Position numbers and translations under genes: made by a program. This document shows positions 26,971 through 40,100 of a stretch of 64,000 nucleotides of DNA, piece by piece. The notes under the pieces are model-generated. The model made no database searches, was not told the origin of the DNA, and saw only the letters and a list, made by a program, of their open reading frames with translations. Within the stretch, counting starts at the first letter, position 1. Each line of letters begins with the position of its first letter. Origin of the DNA: Octopus bimaculoides (Eukaryota); contig NC_068984.1 of the NCBI RefSeq assembly GCF_001194135.2, forward strand, positions 129,420,967-129,484,966, given 5' to 3'.

Positions 26971-29868
26971 TTGATGAGAATGTTTTGAAAAGTCAAAAAA
27001 GACTTAAGCATCTAATTTATATGTCACTTACCCTCATTTTCAGAGGACAAGGTGACATTGAATCAATGTTGAGATTTGCCAGCGATTTCTGTTAAATGAT
27101 TCAATTTCTATAAATCTATTTATTTAAAACAAATATTGTCTGGTAACCTTGATTACTCGATCAGTAAACACATGTTCACATTCAAAAGTTCAGACAAAAT
27201 ATTTTCCACAAAGTAAGGACCACCAAATGGATAAAGCAGCAATTTATCATTGACAAATTCCTAAAGTTGGAAAATTACTCTGTGACCCACAAAACATTTG
27301 ACACTGCCGAGGGCATAGCATCTTTCTGGCTTTGGGAAGTAATACAAAATACAATCCTAACAATTCAGGCTACGAATGTCCTTTTTTCTATGTGAACTTG
27401 AGCTCTCAACAATGCAGAACATCAAGTCCAAGACTAGTTACCAGCTTGTTCCAAGCTCAGATATGAGGCTGGCTCTATTGAAAGATTAAGCCACATATTT
27501 AAAATATTGTAACAACAAAACAATTATATCAATCTCATTAAGTCTATAACACTATAAATGTAAGTGCTAAATTGTGCAGCTGTGTTATGTACAATTCACA
27601 ATTTTACGTCAGGATAATTCAAATAAAATGGACTTATAAATGACATTAAACAAAAGAAATTTGGAAACAATATTTTAGATATGGAGTTCAAATCCCAGTG
27701 AGTTTGCCCTTCTCCCCTTAATTTAATCATTTCATACCTACATTGCAACATAGATATTGTATCTAATAAAAAAAAATAATGAATTATTTTAAAAACATAT
27801 GAAAAATATTTGTAAACTAAATTAGTAACACATTCACCTAAAAAGAATGCCACGTAAGAAATTTATATAAGGGATAACATCTCTGCCTGCTGGTTGCATA
27901 ACAGGAAATATTGGCAAAGTTCTGCTGAAGGTAACCTTATAAAATAACATTTGGAAACTGAAATCAAGAGTACTGAAATTACGAAATCTAAAGCTAACTG
28001 AAGTCCTTTAATCGTCTCCACTGACCTACCCTTATTGAAAATAAAGTATTTAAGATTATATAATGTCTTTTTCCAACAGCCTGTAACTGGTATGCTCCTT
28101 CCGGAGCGAACTAAAACAAAAACAAGAGAAAGAATTTTCAAGGCACCTGTATTGTGTTCTATATTAGAGGTGACCTTTTTAGTTCAGTTTGTTTTAGCCG
28201 TCACGGCCAAGGCTATACTGGAGTAGTGCATTCAACATCTTAAAAACAAACACTTGTTAGTAATTTCGATATATGTGTGTGTGGTGTGTGTATACGTGCA
28301 TTATCTTTAATAAGCGAAAATAATTTAACAAGTCTTTTGATCAAAGGAATTAATCTATCTTAATAGACGAAAGTCAAAATTAATGACAATTTACTAAAGG
28401 TAATAACGATTGTACTTAACGGAGAAGCATTTGAAGAATTAAAGGATATTTAAGCAGTTAGATGTAGGAAAATCTAACGCATGAGAATAAAAAACACGAA
28501 TAAGCAGTAAAATATGTCTAACTCGGGTTTTCCAGTCTACTATTGAACAGATGAAATTACGTCCACTCAGAATTCCTAGACTGATTGTAAATAAGATATT
28601 TAATGGCAAAAATTATTTCTGTTAATGAAGAAGAATAAATAATTATTTTCTATTTTGTTTTGCTACTAAACAAAAAGTTCGACAGCAAAATAAACCAGAA
28701 AATAATGAAAATTTTGTATTTAGGTTATTCAATATCAGGACAATTTTATTTTAATTATTAACAAGTCAAGGTCATATGGTTGTGAAAACACCGACAGAAA
28801 CAAGAATTGCCTACGAAAGAGAACGTCTACATAGAAAAGACATCGAAAAACTAGAAATTAGTAATTAGCTTTAACGATTAGTTTCAGGAATTTACCGGCT
28901 GATTGAGAGCATAGATTTTGACAAAGTCAACAGCAACAGAGGACAAAAAGTAAAAGTTTCGCATGGGATTTTAAACATTTTTAATTTAATTTTTCTTTTT
29001 GCAAAACAGAAAGGTTACAAGTATATCTAGCTAAAACAGTTTCCGTTTTTTTTTTTACGATTTAGTTACATACTTTTGCACGGAGAAGAATAAAAACACG
29101 TAGGATACATCAAACGTTACACATTTAATTCCTACCACAACTGCAATCACCGCCGCCACCACCACCACCGTATGGCGTGGAAATTGGTGGTGGAGGCGGC
29201 GGAGAAAACGCCGAAGTAAACGAAAATAACGTCAAAGTATGTTGTATAGAAATGATGTCTAGCTTGGTTCGGTAAGTCAAAATAAATGATTTGGTTTGCT
29301 ACTGAAGATGTTTGGAGAAAAGACGTACTGAAAAAGGTGAGAATGACATTCGTGCCTGTGGGGGGTTTTTTTTCCAACGGCATTAGCGCAATAAGTAAAG
29401 TAAAAACTGTTAGAATCGACAATTGAAACCAGAATAATAATTATTTGTAGTAGTCGTAATAACAAAACAGAAGCTACGGCGGGTTTCAATGATAGCTCAG
29501 ACATGTTGCCAAAGACAGATGGAAAGAATGAGTTATTTTGACACTTGCATAGATAAGAAAATATCTGCAGCTCTTTCAAACATTATCATAATTCAAATTT
29601 ACCATATACACACACACGTGTATGTATATGTATATATATATAACAAAAAACAATTATATCCTCATATTCTTCCGATTGCATAGCACTGTAATTATATATA
29701 TATATGTGTATATATATAATTAGTTGTTTTTGGTTCTTCCTATTGTTTTTATACTATTTTCATTTCGTTTCGTCGGTTCGCGAGAAAACCGCTTTGCCTA
29801 AGTTCGAAAAATTATTTCTAAACACGTATTAGGAGAGAGAGAAAAGGGGGAAAAAAGCAATTACTTAC

Positions 29869-29937
29869 TTTCCTGGCTTCACAGTCTGCTTTAAACATAT
29901 TTCCTAACCACCTCGATGTAAAGGACGTCTGGTTTTC
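29869..29937 (-). CDS. SLC25A12: Aralar/citrin carrier, coding exon 2 (ENQTSFTSRWLGNMFKADCEARK)
   Basis: 69-nt phase 0-0 exon with acceptor tttttctccctcccaactaacag and donor AAA|gtaagt. It joins exon 1 and exon 3 in frame. The link to exon 3 across 28 kb is inferred. Confidence 0.62.
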
Positions 29938-30354
29938 CTGTTAGTTGGGAGGGAGAAAAAATAAAGGAGCGTTGATAGAAATAAAGAAACGGCTACTTAT
30001 GAATGTAACGGCGGTTGGTTGAGAAAGTGAAAATAATAGCATTAACATAAGCAATGAGAGTGAAGAGAGAATGTATTAGATATTTATATACTAATATGTG
30101 TTTATAGAATGTACGTGTATATATTTGAAATCTGAGGGAGACAAAAATAAACACTCAAATATAATGTTCCTCTCCGCTATTTTATACGAAGAATATTAAA
30201 ATGAAGGTTGGATTATTATTGAGATTAAAAGAATTTTTGAAAGAGATCGAAGATATAACGTGAAATAAAATTGGTCAAGAAAACTGGTTGTAATTTACAA
30301 CAATTATGTTCTTTTTAAATTGCTTAAGTTGCGATATGTTTTAAAGACACTTAC

Positions 30355-30384
30355 CAATGTACTTTCTGCTGCTACCGCCGCCAT
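30355..30384 (-). CDS. SLC25A12: Aralar/citrin carrier, first coding exon (MAAVAAESTL)
   Basis: ATG in good context (gcagcATGG), donor TTG|gtaagt, and location in the CpG-richer zone. Phase 0 is compatible with exons 2 and 3. Confidence 0.62.
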
Positions 30385-30480
30385 GCTGCAGCTTTTTGCT
30401 AAGATTGACCTTCAAATCACGTGAAGGCCGCAAGTGCGCCAGGGTAGTCGTTCCGTAGTTGCGGTTAAGGACATGAGAAA
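30385..30480 (-). promoter_or_regulatory. Probable 5' UTR/core promoter of the aralar gene with palindromic E-box TCACGTGA (30417-30424)
   Basis: GC/CpG-enriched patch immediately upstream of the ATG. The motif is read directly; its function is inferred. Confidence 0.4.
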
Positions 30481-32451
30481 AACGTTGTATTAATAACTTT
30501 GGTAGGAAATATATTTCTCAATCGTTGCGAAAATATTTTCCAGCTATTTCTTTTGATATTTTCTGAAGCAAAATTTATTGTCGTTTACTTCCAAAAATAT
30601 AAATCTAAAGCCCGAAATACCTGGTATCAGTGAAATACAAGTTCCTAATTGCCCTTCACATATATATGGCCCAATAATTTATTTTATTAACAGGTAATTA
30701 TTAGGCAGCTTTGTTTAAAAAAAAAAAAACAGCAAAATGAAGTTCTTTTTAACCTTGTAAAAATTTGAGATATAAATTCATGTTTAAAGTAAAGGATATA
30801 ATTTAGTGAATACAGGAATCTTATAAGAAGCCTGAAGTGCGTAAATATTAAAATTAATTTTAATTAAATCAGTAAGTGCTACGGTTGTTTCGTAACAGAG
30901 TTATCCACTCCTCTTCACTGTAGGATAGTTCCATAAATTTTCCTTTATATGAAAAAAGCGGGCTTTTTAAATTGTATTTTTTATTCTAATCTAGAATACA
31001 TGAAAAACAAATCTTACTATTTTTGTTTTAGGCTTTTTGAACTCATGATTAATGGTGTACCTGTTATAATTCTTAGTTATAAGATTTTCTTATAGTTTTA
31101 AGTATAATTTTAAATTATTTAATTTTGTTAATAAAATAACTAGTGCTTAAAGATAGTAATCTAGAAAGTATTTAGTTTTTTTTGCTTGTTTGTTTGTTTT
31201 TTTTGTTTTGTTTTTTTTGCATAGGCGTAAGAGAATTAATAGAGAAATATCTCAACCTAGTGAGTAAATGACAGACTCTCACAGGCTCAAAACATAATGT
31301 TGTTTAGCATCAAGTCAGCTTTTATTTCACAGGTCTATAGGTCCATGATAAAAGTTTTCTGTGAGCATTCTTAATTTTGAATTCATTACTCACTTTGCAT
31401 CCAATGACAGTACCAAATTATCCAGTAATTTGCATAGTATTTTTGAATAGAAGTCAATCCATTTCAGTTGCATGTTATCATTTTGAGCAATATCTGTATA
31501 TTAAAGATTACATTCTCTGATATACTCTTTCTTTTTGAACATAGTAGTAATGCATAGTGTATATTGTACGTAGAACACAAGTTTCCCATACTTGTATCCA
31601 ACAATCAGGTCTTTCCCCAGTGATTCTCCTTTTAGTAGTTTTGCAACTACTATGTAAAGAATTTCACAGGTGATATAATATCTTTTAGGAGAGACATTTA
31701 CTCAGTAATCACTCCATAGCTCATTTAAGCATTAACAATGTGAGTGTATTGCTTATTTACATTCGCTCCTAGATTAACTCCAGATCATCCTAAGAGAAAC
31801 ATTTACAGCTTTGATGGAACTACCAACTTTTCATGCTCCCGTGTACAGTTTATGTTTGAAGCAAACTTCCAGTTGCAACATCTTACTGTAGCAAATCTTT
31901 TGACTTACCATAACTCTTAGTTCATGTTTAAAGAGACAATATCATACCTTTGACTATTTCTTAGCAGCAGTTCCTATAGATTTTGGAATTTTATTTTTAT
32001 TTTTGCTGAGCCCTAGGACTCAGAAGGCTGATTACACAGTTTCAATGGCATATTAATGATGAAGGTCGCAACATTCCTCTGAACAAGATACCATTGATTG
32101 ATATTTAACGTCTGTAACCACTAGGAGTTGTCGATCATGCTGTAAATTTGTCCAATGAGTAATTCCATGTTCGCTTCACTAGATGGTAATGATATGTAGA
32201 GAACCACTCACATCATTGATGCCAAAATGCAAGGATCACTATACATTCCACATTTTGGTATTTTTTTCTCCAAAGCAAATTTTTAATTTTTAATTCGTCT
32301 GAAGAAAATGTTTATTTTTGTTCATGATGTAGTCAAATTATTCATCAATAAAAAAACACGTCTGAAACAGCTGCAGTGAATCTTTAACCCATTTGTGTTC
32401 TTATGGTAAGAGCAGCCGTGATGGATATTTAATACTATACACTTCAGGTAA

Positions 32452-32485
32452 TACATACATACATACATACATACATACATACATG

Positions 32486-32558
<73 letters not shown>
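32452..32558. repeat. (TACA)n-(TA)n microsatellite
   Basis: Read directly. Confidence 0.95.
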
Positions 32559-32561
<3 letters not shown>

Positions 32562-32757
32562 TAAGGATAAGATCATTATTTAAAATACCAATCTTATCAG
32601 GTGGCCAACATGGGAATAAGAACCTTCAAAGGTAATAATTATTACTAAAATTATAATTTAGGGTATCTAAGAGATACCATCACGCTGGAAATAGCAGCCA
32701 AAACTTGACTCTAAAACCACATTAAATGTTCATACATATATATATATAAAAATAAAA

Positions 32758-32965
32758 GGTGAGCTGGCAGAATCGTTAGCATGCCAAGAGAAATACTTAG
32801 TATTTTGCCTGCCACTGAGTTCTGAGTTCAAATTCTGCCAGGATCCACTTTGCCTTTCATCCTTTCAGGTTCAATGAAATAAGTACCAGTTACATACTGG
32901 GGTCAATGTACTCGACTATCCCGTCTCCCAAAGTTTCAGACCTTGTGCCTACTATGGTAGAAAGG
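32758..32965 (+). mobile_element. tRNA-derived SINE family B
   Basis: GGTGAGCTGGCAGAATCGTTAGC...GAGTTCAAATTCTGCC...GCCTTTCATCCTTT...AAGTACCAG. Minus-strand copies lie at 37256-37465, 44977-45185, 45915-46495 and 48530-48700. Confidence 0.85.
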
Positions 32966-35225
32966 ATTATATGTATATATATATTACTTATCTGTACTTT
33001 GCACTTTACTCCTTTAGAGGGTCTAAAAATATATTGCATCCCTTTCTACAAAACTTGAATTTCTATCAAATACCCTCTTTAGGTGTTCTTTGCGAAATAT
33101 TACTTATGGACTATAGCACAAAAATTGAATATTTGTTTGCTGTATTCTATTCTTGTAGAAACATATACTCATGTATCCATCTCAACTTTATGTTACTTAA
33201 TTAAAAACATGACAGACACTATTGTCACAAGAAACGATATTAAAATTAACGTTCACATACCTCATGTTGTAAGCATCAAAGATTTAAGTAAAAATGCATA
33301 TTAACTAAGGAAAAGACTACAATAAGCTCAGTGAATGTTATTTTAAAATTTTGGATAAGGCGAATAACTACGGACATACTTTTGTTTCATTACATATGTA
33401 GTATTTGATTAGAGTGATAGCAGTTGAGGTCAACAATTGAGCAAGAACCATAAATATCAATGGAGAAGTGAGTGGATAAAGAGATCAGCGAATAAACTCC
33501 TTTTTTTTTTTTCCCCCACAAGACATTGTCACAGTTCTGAAGAAGGTTAAATTATTTTGGTAACAGCAAGAAGGAAGAATTGTGGCCAATGAATGAATAA
33601 ATATATATATATATATATGTATGTATGTATGTATGTGTATATGTTTGTGTGTCTGTGTTTGTCCCCCCAACATCGCTTGACAACCGATGCTGGTGTGTTT
33701 ACGTCCCTGTAACTTAGCGGTTCGGCAAAAGAGACCGATAGAATAAGTACTAGGCTTACAAAGAATAAGTACTGGGATCGATTTGCTTGACTAAAGGCAG
33801 TGCTCCAGCATGGCCGCAGTCAAATGACTGAAACAAGTAAAACAGAGTAAAAGATACTTTTCCTAATAGGGGAGAGTTTGGAGCCTGAGACACACCCACC
33901 TCTCCTCACAAGGGTCTTTGATGTCGTCACTTCATCTTCATCCCCTACATTGCTCCCAAAGATGTGAGCACAAAGATTCTGGGCACATGGGGAAAATATT
34001 GCAGTTTTCATTATTACCATCACTAACATTCATTCTGTTTTCATCACCTCCAGAAATTAATTTTATGTCCTATGGGCTGCCCAACTAATCTTCAGCACAA
34101 CCACTACACTCTTGGAGTGGTTGGCATTAGGAAAGGCATCCAGCTGTAGAAATTCTGCCAGATCAGATTGGAGCCTGGTGCAGCCTTCTGGCTTGCCAGT
34201 CCTCAGTCAAATCGTCCAACCCATGCTAGCAGGGAAAGCGGACATTAAACGATGATGATGATGATGGACAATAAATTGCTGTTATGTATAACATGAATTC
34301 ATATGAGGGCTTTTATTTATTTATTTATTATGTGAATTACTCTAGAGGAAAAAGCTGTGCCCATGACTTTTGTAGGCTGTCCTAGATGAGTGAGTCAAGT
34401 CAGTGAATGTTCCTTTTGAAGAGTGAAGATCATAAGCAGGGAAAACATCGACACGAAGAGAATCCCTGAAGCAAAGAGGTTAGAGCATGGACATAGGTGA
34501 TGCAAGGAAGAGAGGTGTGCTGGAGTAAAGGTGGCATGAGACCAGCCATCTCCAATGAGCAGAGGCCACCTTGACAGAAAAGGCACAGAGAGGACATAAC
34601 ATGTTTGTCAGCCAGGAGTTGGAGTGTACTGGTGAGTAGCCAATTTCGAAGTTACTGGTTTGAATGAGCCAGTTGAAATCTAATGCTTATAGGTGTGATA
34701 AGACCCTGGGGGAAGAGAGATTGCAAGATTATGCACCAGATGTAGGGTAGCTGTCATACTACTATGTACCACAGCTATAGAGCAATTCTCATACAATCAT
34801 GTACCATAGTTACAGTGCAGGACTCTTACTATCATGTACTACAGCTTTAGGGCAGCTCCAACATGTATTATTATCTCCCAACTTGGCCTGAACACATGCA
34901 ACAGAATAAACTTTGATAAAGGCACCAAGAGCCAGGAAGTAATGTTAAACTTGGTGGCAAGTTTGGACCAGTTGCTTTTGATAGAACTTGTCATTAATCT
35001 TCTCAGTTGGACTCAGCAGTGTTAGAAAAGTTTTAGTCATTCAAGAATATTAAAGGGAGAGAATCCTATACCATGTTAGACTTTATATTAAAAGACTGCA
35101 TATGTATAATATTCAGTAAAGCCTTTAAGGAAGAAGGGAGTCTGATGAGGGATGAAATAAGGGTTAGGGTACAGTCAATAAGATCTGATTGGCAGAATTC
35201 ATTATCCAATGTTAGGAGAGAGAGG

Positions 35226-35713
35226 TTTTTTTTTTTTATTGGACTACTTAAAGTATTGTCATGTCTTGCAAACAACTCGCACATGCAAGTGCTACCAGTC
35301 GAGAACTTCACATACTGGAAGCCAGCAAGTGTATGGGGTCATCAGGAGAGAATGCACACCGTTTCGGGGCCTACCTCTCGACGGCATCAATGCGCACCGG
35401 CCCCCCTCACTGATATGAGGCCCCGCTTGCTAGATCAACTGGTTATTAAAAACAAAGCTAAATATTTCTCTAGCCATCGCTCATCGTCTCTTTTTAACCA
35501 AATCCAGAGGCTAGCCTTCTCCACTGTAGTTTGGATATCACTAATGTTGGTATTTACCTTACGATGAGTTAGGCCTAACGATAACAGCAGTTGTCTCACA
35601 CTGTGTCCTACAAACCCTCTACATCCAACTTCGATTGGAAAATGCTCCGCTTTCCAGCCTGTGTCTTCACATTTCTCAAGGAGGTTTACATAACGGTCAA
35701 TCTTTCGAGCCCG
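35226..35713 (-). mobile_element. 5'-truncated RLE-type non-LTR retrotransposon (HERO/NeSL-like), C-terminal endonuclease end, 3' UTR and poly(A)
   Basis: Uninterrupted frame 35713-35435: RARKIDRYVNLLEKCEDTGWKAEHFPIEVGCRGFVGHSV...VEKASLWIWLKRD (R-K..RY, PIEVGCRG and A..W.W.KR motifs). It ends in AATAAA(A)n at ~35226-35240. Confidence 0.8.
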
Positions 35714-35944
35714 CTAACATTAGACAGAATTCATTGAAGCAGATTTTCTAGTTATATAACCTTCATGTTGGTAACCCTCACCTGTTCCCATGCAAGGTAA
35801 TATTTCCCCATAGTCAGACACAATTTTCATGGTAGAGTGGAAGCCAACAGCATTGCTTGTATGATAGCAGCACTCATTTTTAGAACCATTCAGTGATCTC
35901 AAAGCAAATGGGTATCCACACGCATTCATACATATTTTTTTTAT

Positions 35945-36270
35945 CTTACTCGTTCAGTCATTGGACTGTGGCAATGCTGGGGTACCACCTCGAAGAGTTT
36001 AGCTGAACAAATCAACTCCAGCACTTTTTTTTTTAGTCTCTTATTTATTTTATTGGTTTCTATTCCAAACCACTAAGTCACAGGGACATAAACAAACCAA
36101 CACCAGTTGTCAAGTGGTAGTGGGAGACAAACACACACAATGGTTTCTTTCAGTTTCCATGTACCAAATCCACTTACAAGGCTTTAGTTGGCCTGAAGCT
36201 ATAGTAGAAGACATTTACCTGAAGTGCCACTCAGTGGGACTGAACCTGGAGCTATGTGGTTAGGATGGTC
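35945..36270 (-). mobile_element. SINE family A copy
   Basis: Reverse complement of the head and tail. Confidence 0.7.
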
Positions 36271-38379
36271 CATGGCTATAGCACAAAACACTAGCTCAAG
36301 ATGACATACAATTAACCTGAGCCAGAAACCATACGGTGTGAAGCAAACTTTTTAAACCACAGAGCTATGCCAATGGAATGACCATGACATTTCTGTAGTT
36401 AGTCTTACTGGGTCAATGAGAAATAAAGCTATCATTGTTTGTTGAATATCATCTCATAATGATGTTACTATATTGTTTCTTTCTTTATTGCCATTGTGTC
36501 TAACTAAGTGAGAAAAGAATGATACTTATTTATCAGTAGATTCACAGCTGGCCAACATTGTAATGTTATCAAACTAGCTGAAGAGTCGATCCATATTTCT
36601 ATCTCTTCACTCGCGTTGTACCATATCCATACCTCAAACACTTAACTCTCTTGTCCCTACTAAAATGTCATGAGTCAACATTAAATAACAAAAATGAAAC
36701 CACATTAAATCAATCATTTTATTGGGTTATATAATAAATTATATTTCTTTTTTTTTTTTATATTACAAAAAAATTATTTTTTAACAGATTCATAATTAAA
36801 TCAATGGGACATTGACAAATAAAAAGTGTCTGAAAATAATAAAATACATATATGACCTGAGTTAACCAGATATCAATATAACATTGATATGCATTTAAGT
36901 AAGTTATGAAAGAATTTTTTATTTACATCATTATTACACTTGTTAATTAGCTAGCATGACTTAAATGATTTAAAAAAAGAAAATGTAAATATTTTATTAA
37001 AATGCAGTAAGAATTTTTACAAATAAATGAGCATACACACACACACACAAAGTAAATCCAACATTTACTTTATACTCTGTAGAATTATATTTCACGAGAG
37101 CATTTAGTGAACTATTTAAGTATTTGAGAGCTGCATGTATGTGATAATTATCATTAGTCACCATCATTATTCAAGGTTACAAATAAAATAATTCTAATAT
37201 AGAATTAATTCATATGCTCTATTAAGTGTTGTATAATATTCACCACATATTAATTGGTTTCAAATTTTGACACAAGGCCAGCAATTTCAGGGAAGGGAAA
37301 GGTCGATTACATTGACCCCAGTATTCAAATGATACTTGTTTTATCAACCCTGGAAGGATCAAAAGCAAAGTCAACCTTAGCGGAATTTGAACTCAGAATG
37401 TAAAGATGGATGAAATGCTGCTAAGCATTTTGTCTGGCATGCTAACGATTCTGCCAACTCACCTCATATTAACTGACAATCAACCAAGCTGGATAAGTTT
37501 ATACAAAAACGAATTATATAATGACAGCCATCCAAGAATTCAAACAAATATAAAGAAAAATTAAGTAATTCTATAAGGATCTATGAACACTTAAAAAAAT
37601 ATGAGAGTGAGAGAAAAATAAGGAAACTAGTTAAAAATAATTTACACTTAAAAAAAAATGTGTGAGAGAAAAATGAGAAAACTAGTCAGAAATAATTCAA
37701 GAGAAACATTATCATAAGGCCTCCTTCCTGGCTTTTGTTGTCAACCTGGATTCATCAGTCCTTCGACATGCTGGTAGTCAACCAAACAATGAGGTGTGCC
37801 CCACATATCCAGCTTCTCTTATACCAGGTCTTTGCCTAAATGGAGACCATACTACAGTTTGACAAGCAATCCTGTAATGTAAAAGCATGGGATGCAGTAT
37901 GATCGTCTGGACATACTGCACTCTCTCCATTACATGGAATCTGAGTAATGTGGACTTGGTCAGATTATAACAGATACTTCTCCTCTGTACTTACTGTTGG
38001 TTGTATGTTATTCATTTGGCCAGGCACAATGAAACCACACATGTCCTAAACTCCATATATTTGTAGTTTATGAATGTATTATATGCCAAGTATTTATTTT
38101 ATCAACCCTGGACGGTTGGAGAGGAAATTGGATCCTAGTAGGATCTGGGCTCAGAATATAACTAAATACCACAAGGTGTTCAATTTAGCACTATTATTTC
38201 AGTTACCTAACTTTCTGACATGACTTATTCCGTTAAGTTGGATTCAAAAGAGGTTTATCTAAAAGACCCAGTTTTAAAAAATCACTGGCTCTTTTAAGGT
38301 GGACATGTCTTTCACATGGATTAAAACTGAATCAAGACAATCAGAGTTATCTTACTTGATTATTATGTAACCCATAAAA

Positions 38380-38850
38380 GAAGATACAAATTCTTGTCAT
38401 AAATTGTTGTACTTCATTCTGGCAGTTGTAGAATCGTTAAAAGTTGGCAATGACCAAATGAATATTTTATGCATCAAACTAGAAAGTAAATCTGGAATCA
38501 AAACACGGCCATTTCAAGATGATCCATTAGGTTATCCTGAGATAATGGTTGCTGCCAGCTATGATTATTGTGATAAGAGAAAATGAACAGGATTGTTGGC
38601 AACCTGATGAATAATCCCTAGGTAAAAAGCATTTTGAAGATGATATTGTCTGTAATGAAGAATGAATTGTTCTACTAATCTACTTGAGAACCTTAATGAT
38701 GAAAGGTATACATGATGATGTACATTGTGGAACAAAGGTAACAAGGAATTGGTTGAAATTCGAAGCATGGTAACCAGCTTACTGTGAAGATGTGGAACGA
38801 TATTTAAACACCCAGCATGTTCTAGATTTAAAACGGAATTACTTCACAGC
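38380..38850 (+). mobile_element. Decayed Ty3/Gypsy pol relic (integrase zinc-binding region)
   Basis: GIHDDVHCGTKVTRNWLKFEAW*PAYCEDVERYL resembles the H..H.G...T...L....WWP....DV..Y pattern; multiple stops. Confidence 0.55.
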
Positions 38851-39874
38851 ACACACGTGGCCTAAAAAAAAATTATAAATGCTCGGAGTGGTTGGCGTTA
38901 GGAAGGGCATCCAGCTGTAGAAACTCTGCCAAATCAGACTGGAGCCTGGTGTAGCCATCTGGTTTCACCAGTCCTCAGTCAAATCGTCCAACCCATGCTA
39001 GCATGGGAAGCAGACGTTAAACGACGATGATGTGTCTAAGGATCGTGCTTATTTAGGACTATTCACAATACTTGCTGATGTACATTCTAGGTGGCCAGAA
39101 AAGAATTATGAATGTAAAAAGTACAAAAAAAGAAAAAGAAAAGAAGCAATCAATCTTTCTTGGGCCCCTCAATTTCTGTTGCAGATACAGTGATCCTTAT
39201 CCAGACTGCATATCACTACTTGCATCACTTCTTATACATGGTGTCCCACTTTTGTTGCAAGTCCAATAGTAAAGAACATCTGAGCACATAAAACTGGTGT
39301 TGGTATCGGAGCCAGTTGTCCAGATTAATGATGTTACAAAAGAAATTACTAAAAAGACTAATACAAGTGAAAAGGTTATATCAAGAATACTTTCACAAAA
39401 CAGACATCCAGTACTAACCACAACTGAAACAAGAAACAAGATACTAAAATTTGGAAAGGGAAGCCATGGAGATTGTATGGCATATTTGAAGAGTAGAGAA
39501 TTTTCTGCTTGTTTTTTGTTTTGTATTATAGGCTATTAGAATTTATTTTTTAAACAAAATTTGCTGTTTACCAAAAGTAACATCTGTGCATACTTTAAGA
39601 TGGACTTGACAAATAACAGAATCCAATTATGAAATATATAAAGGGATTTCAAATACCACATGTTGATGCATTATCACAGTTAGAATTTATTAAAAATGTT
39701 GGTTGGAATGAACATCATGATGATGATGATGATGATTCTTTGAATCATCTTGAAAAAATTGACACAATGTAAAAATATAAGATTGGATACTGTCAATTAA
39801 TCATGTTTCATCGGGCATATTAAAAAGGATTTTTAATAATAATAATCGAAGCAATAATTGCATTCAAAAGTCAT

Positions 39875-40100
39875 TTAACCATTTAGCATCCAGATTATTG
39901 TCAAATATAATGTGTATTTATTCACATTATTTTGAATTAATCATGCACTATCTTGTAGCTTTGAGATTATGATGACGCATTTGCTTACTTTCGGAATGAT
40001 ATTGCAGGATAGCCGTGAGAGGCCTGATCTAGTCAGTTTGAACACAAAACACATAGAATATTTGGGTTCGATATGGTTGGTTTGAATGCTAAAAGGTAAA
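39875..40100. mobile_element. TTAA-flanked piggyBac-type MITE copy (degenerate)
   Basis: ttaa-ccatttagcatcc...gaatgctaaaagg-taaa; homologous to 13180-13408. Confidence 0.7.

Noticed and set aside
30680-31400. Possible divergent plus-strand spliced transcript from the aralar promoter (CAG|gtaatt at ~30693; tttcacag at ~31330)
   Set aside because: Isolated splice-like motifs with no ORF or other support.
31900-32200. Very decayed RLE-retrotransposon-like peptide (KYQSMVS...VLGLSK...IGTAAKK) on the minus strand
   Set aside because: Too many stops and too little motif identity to call by eye.
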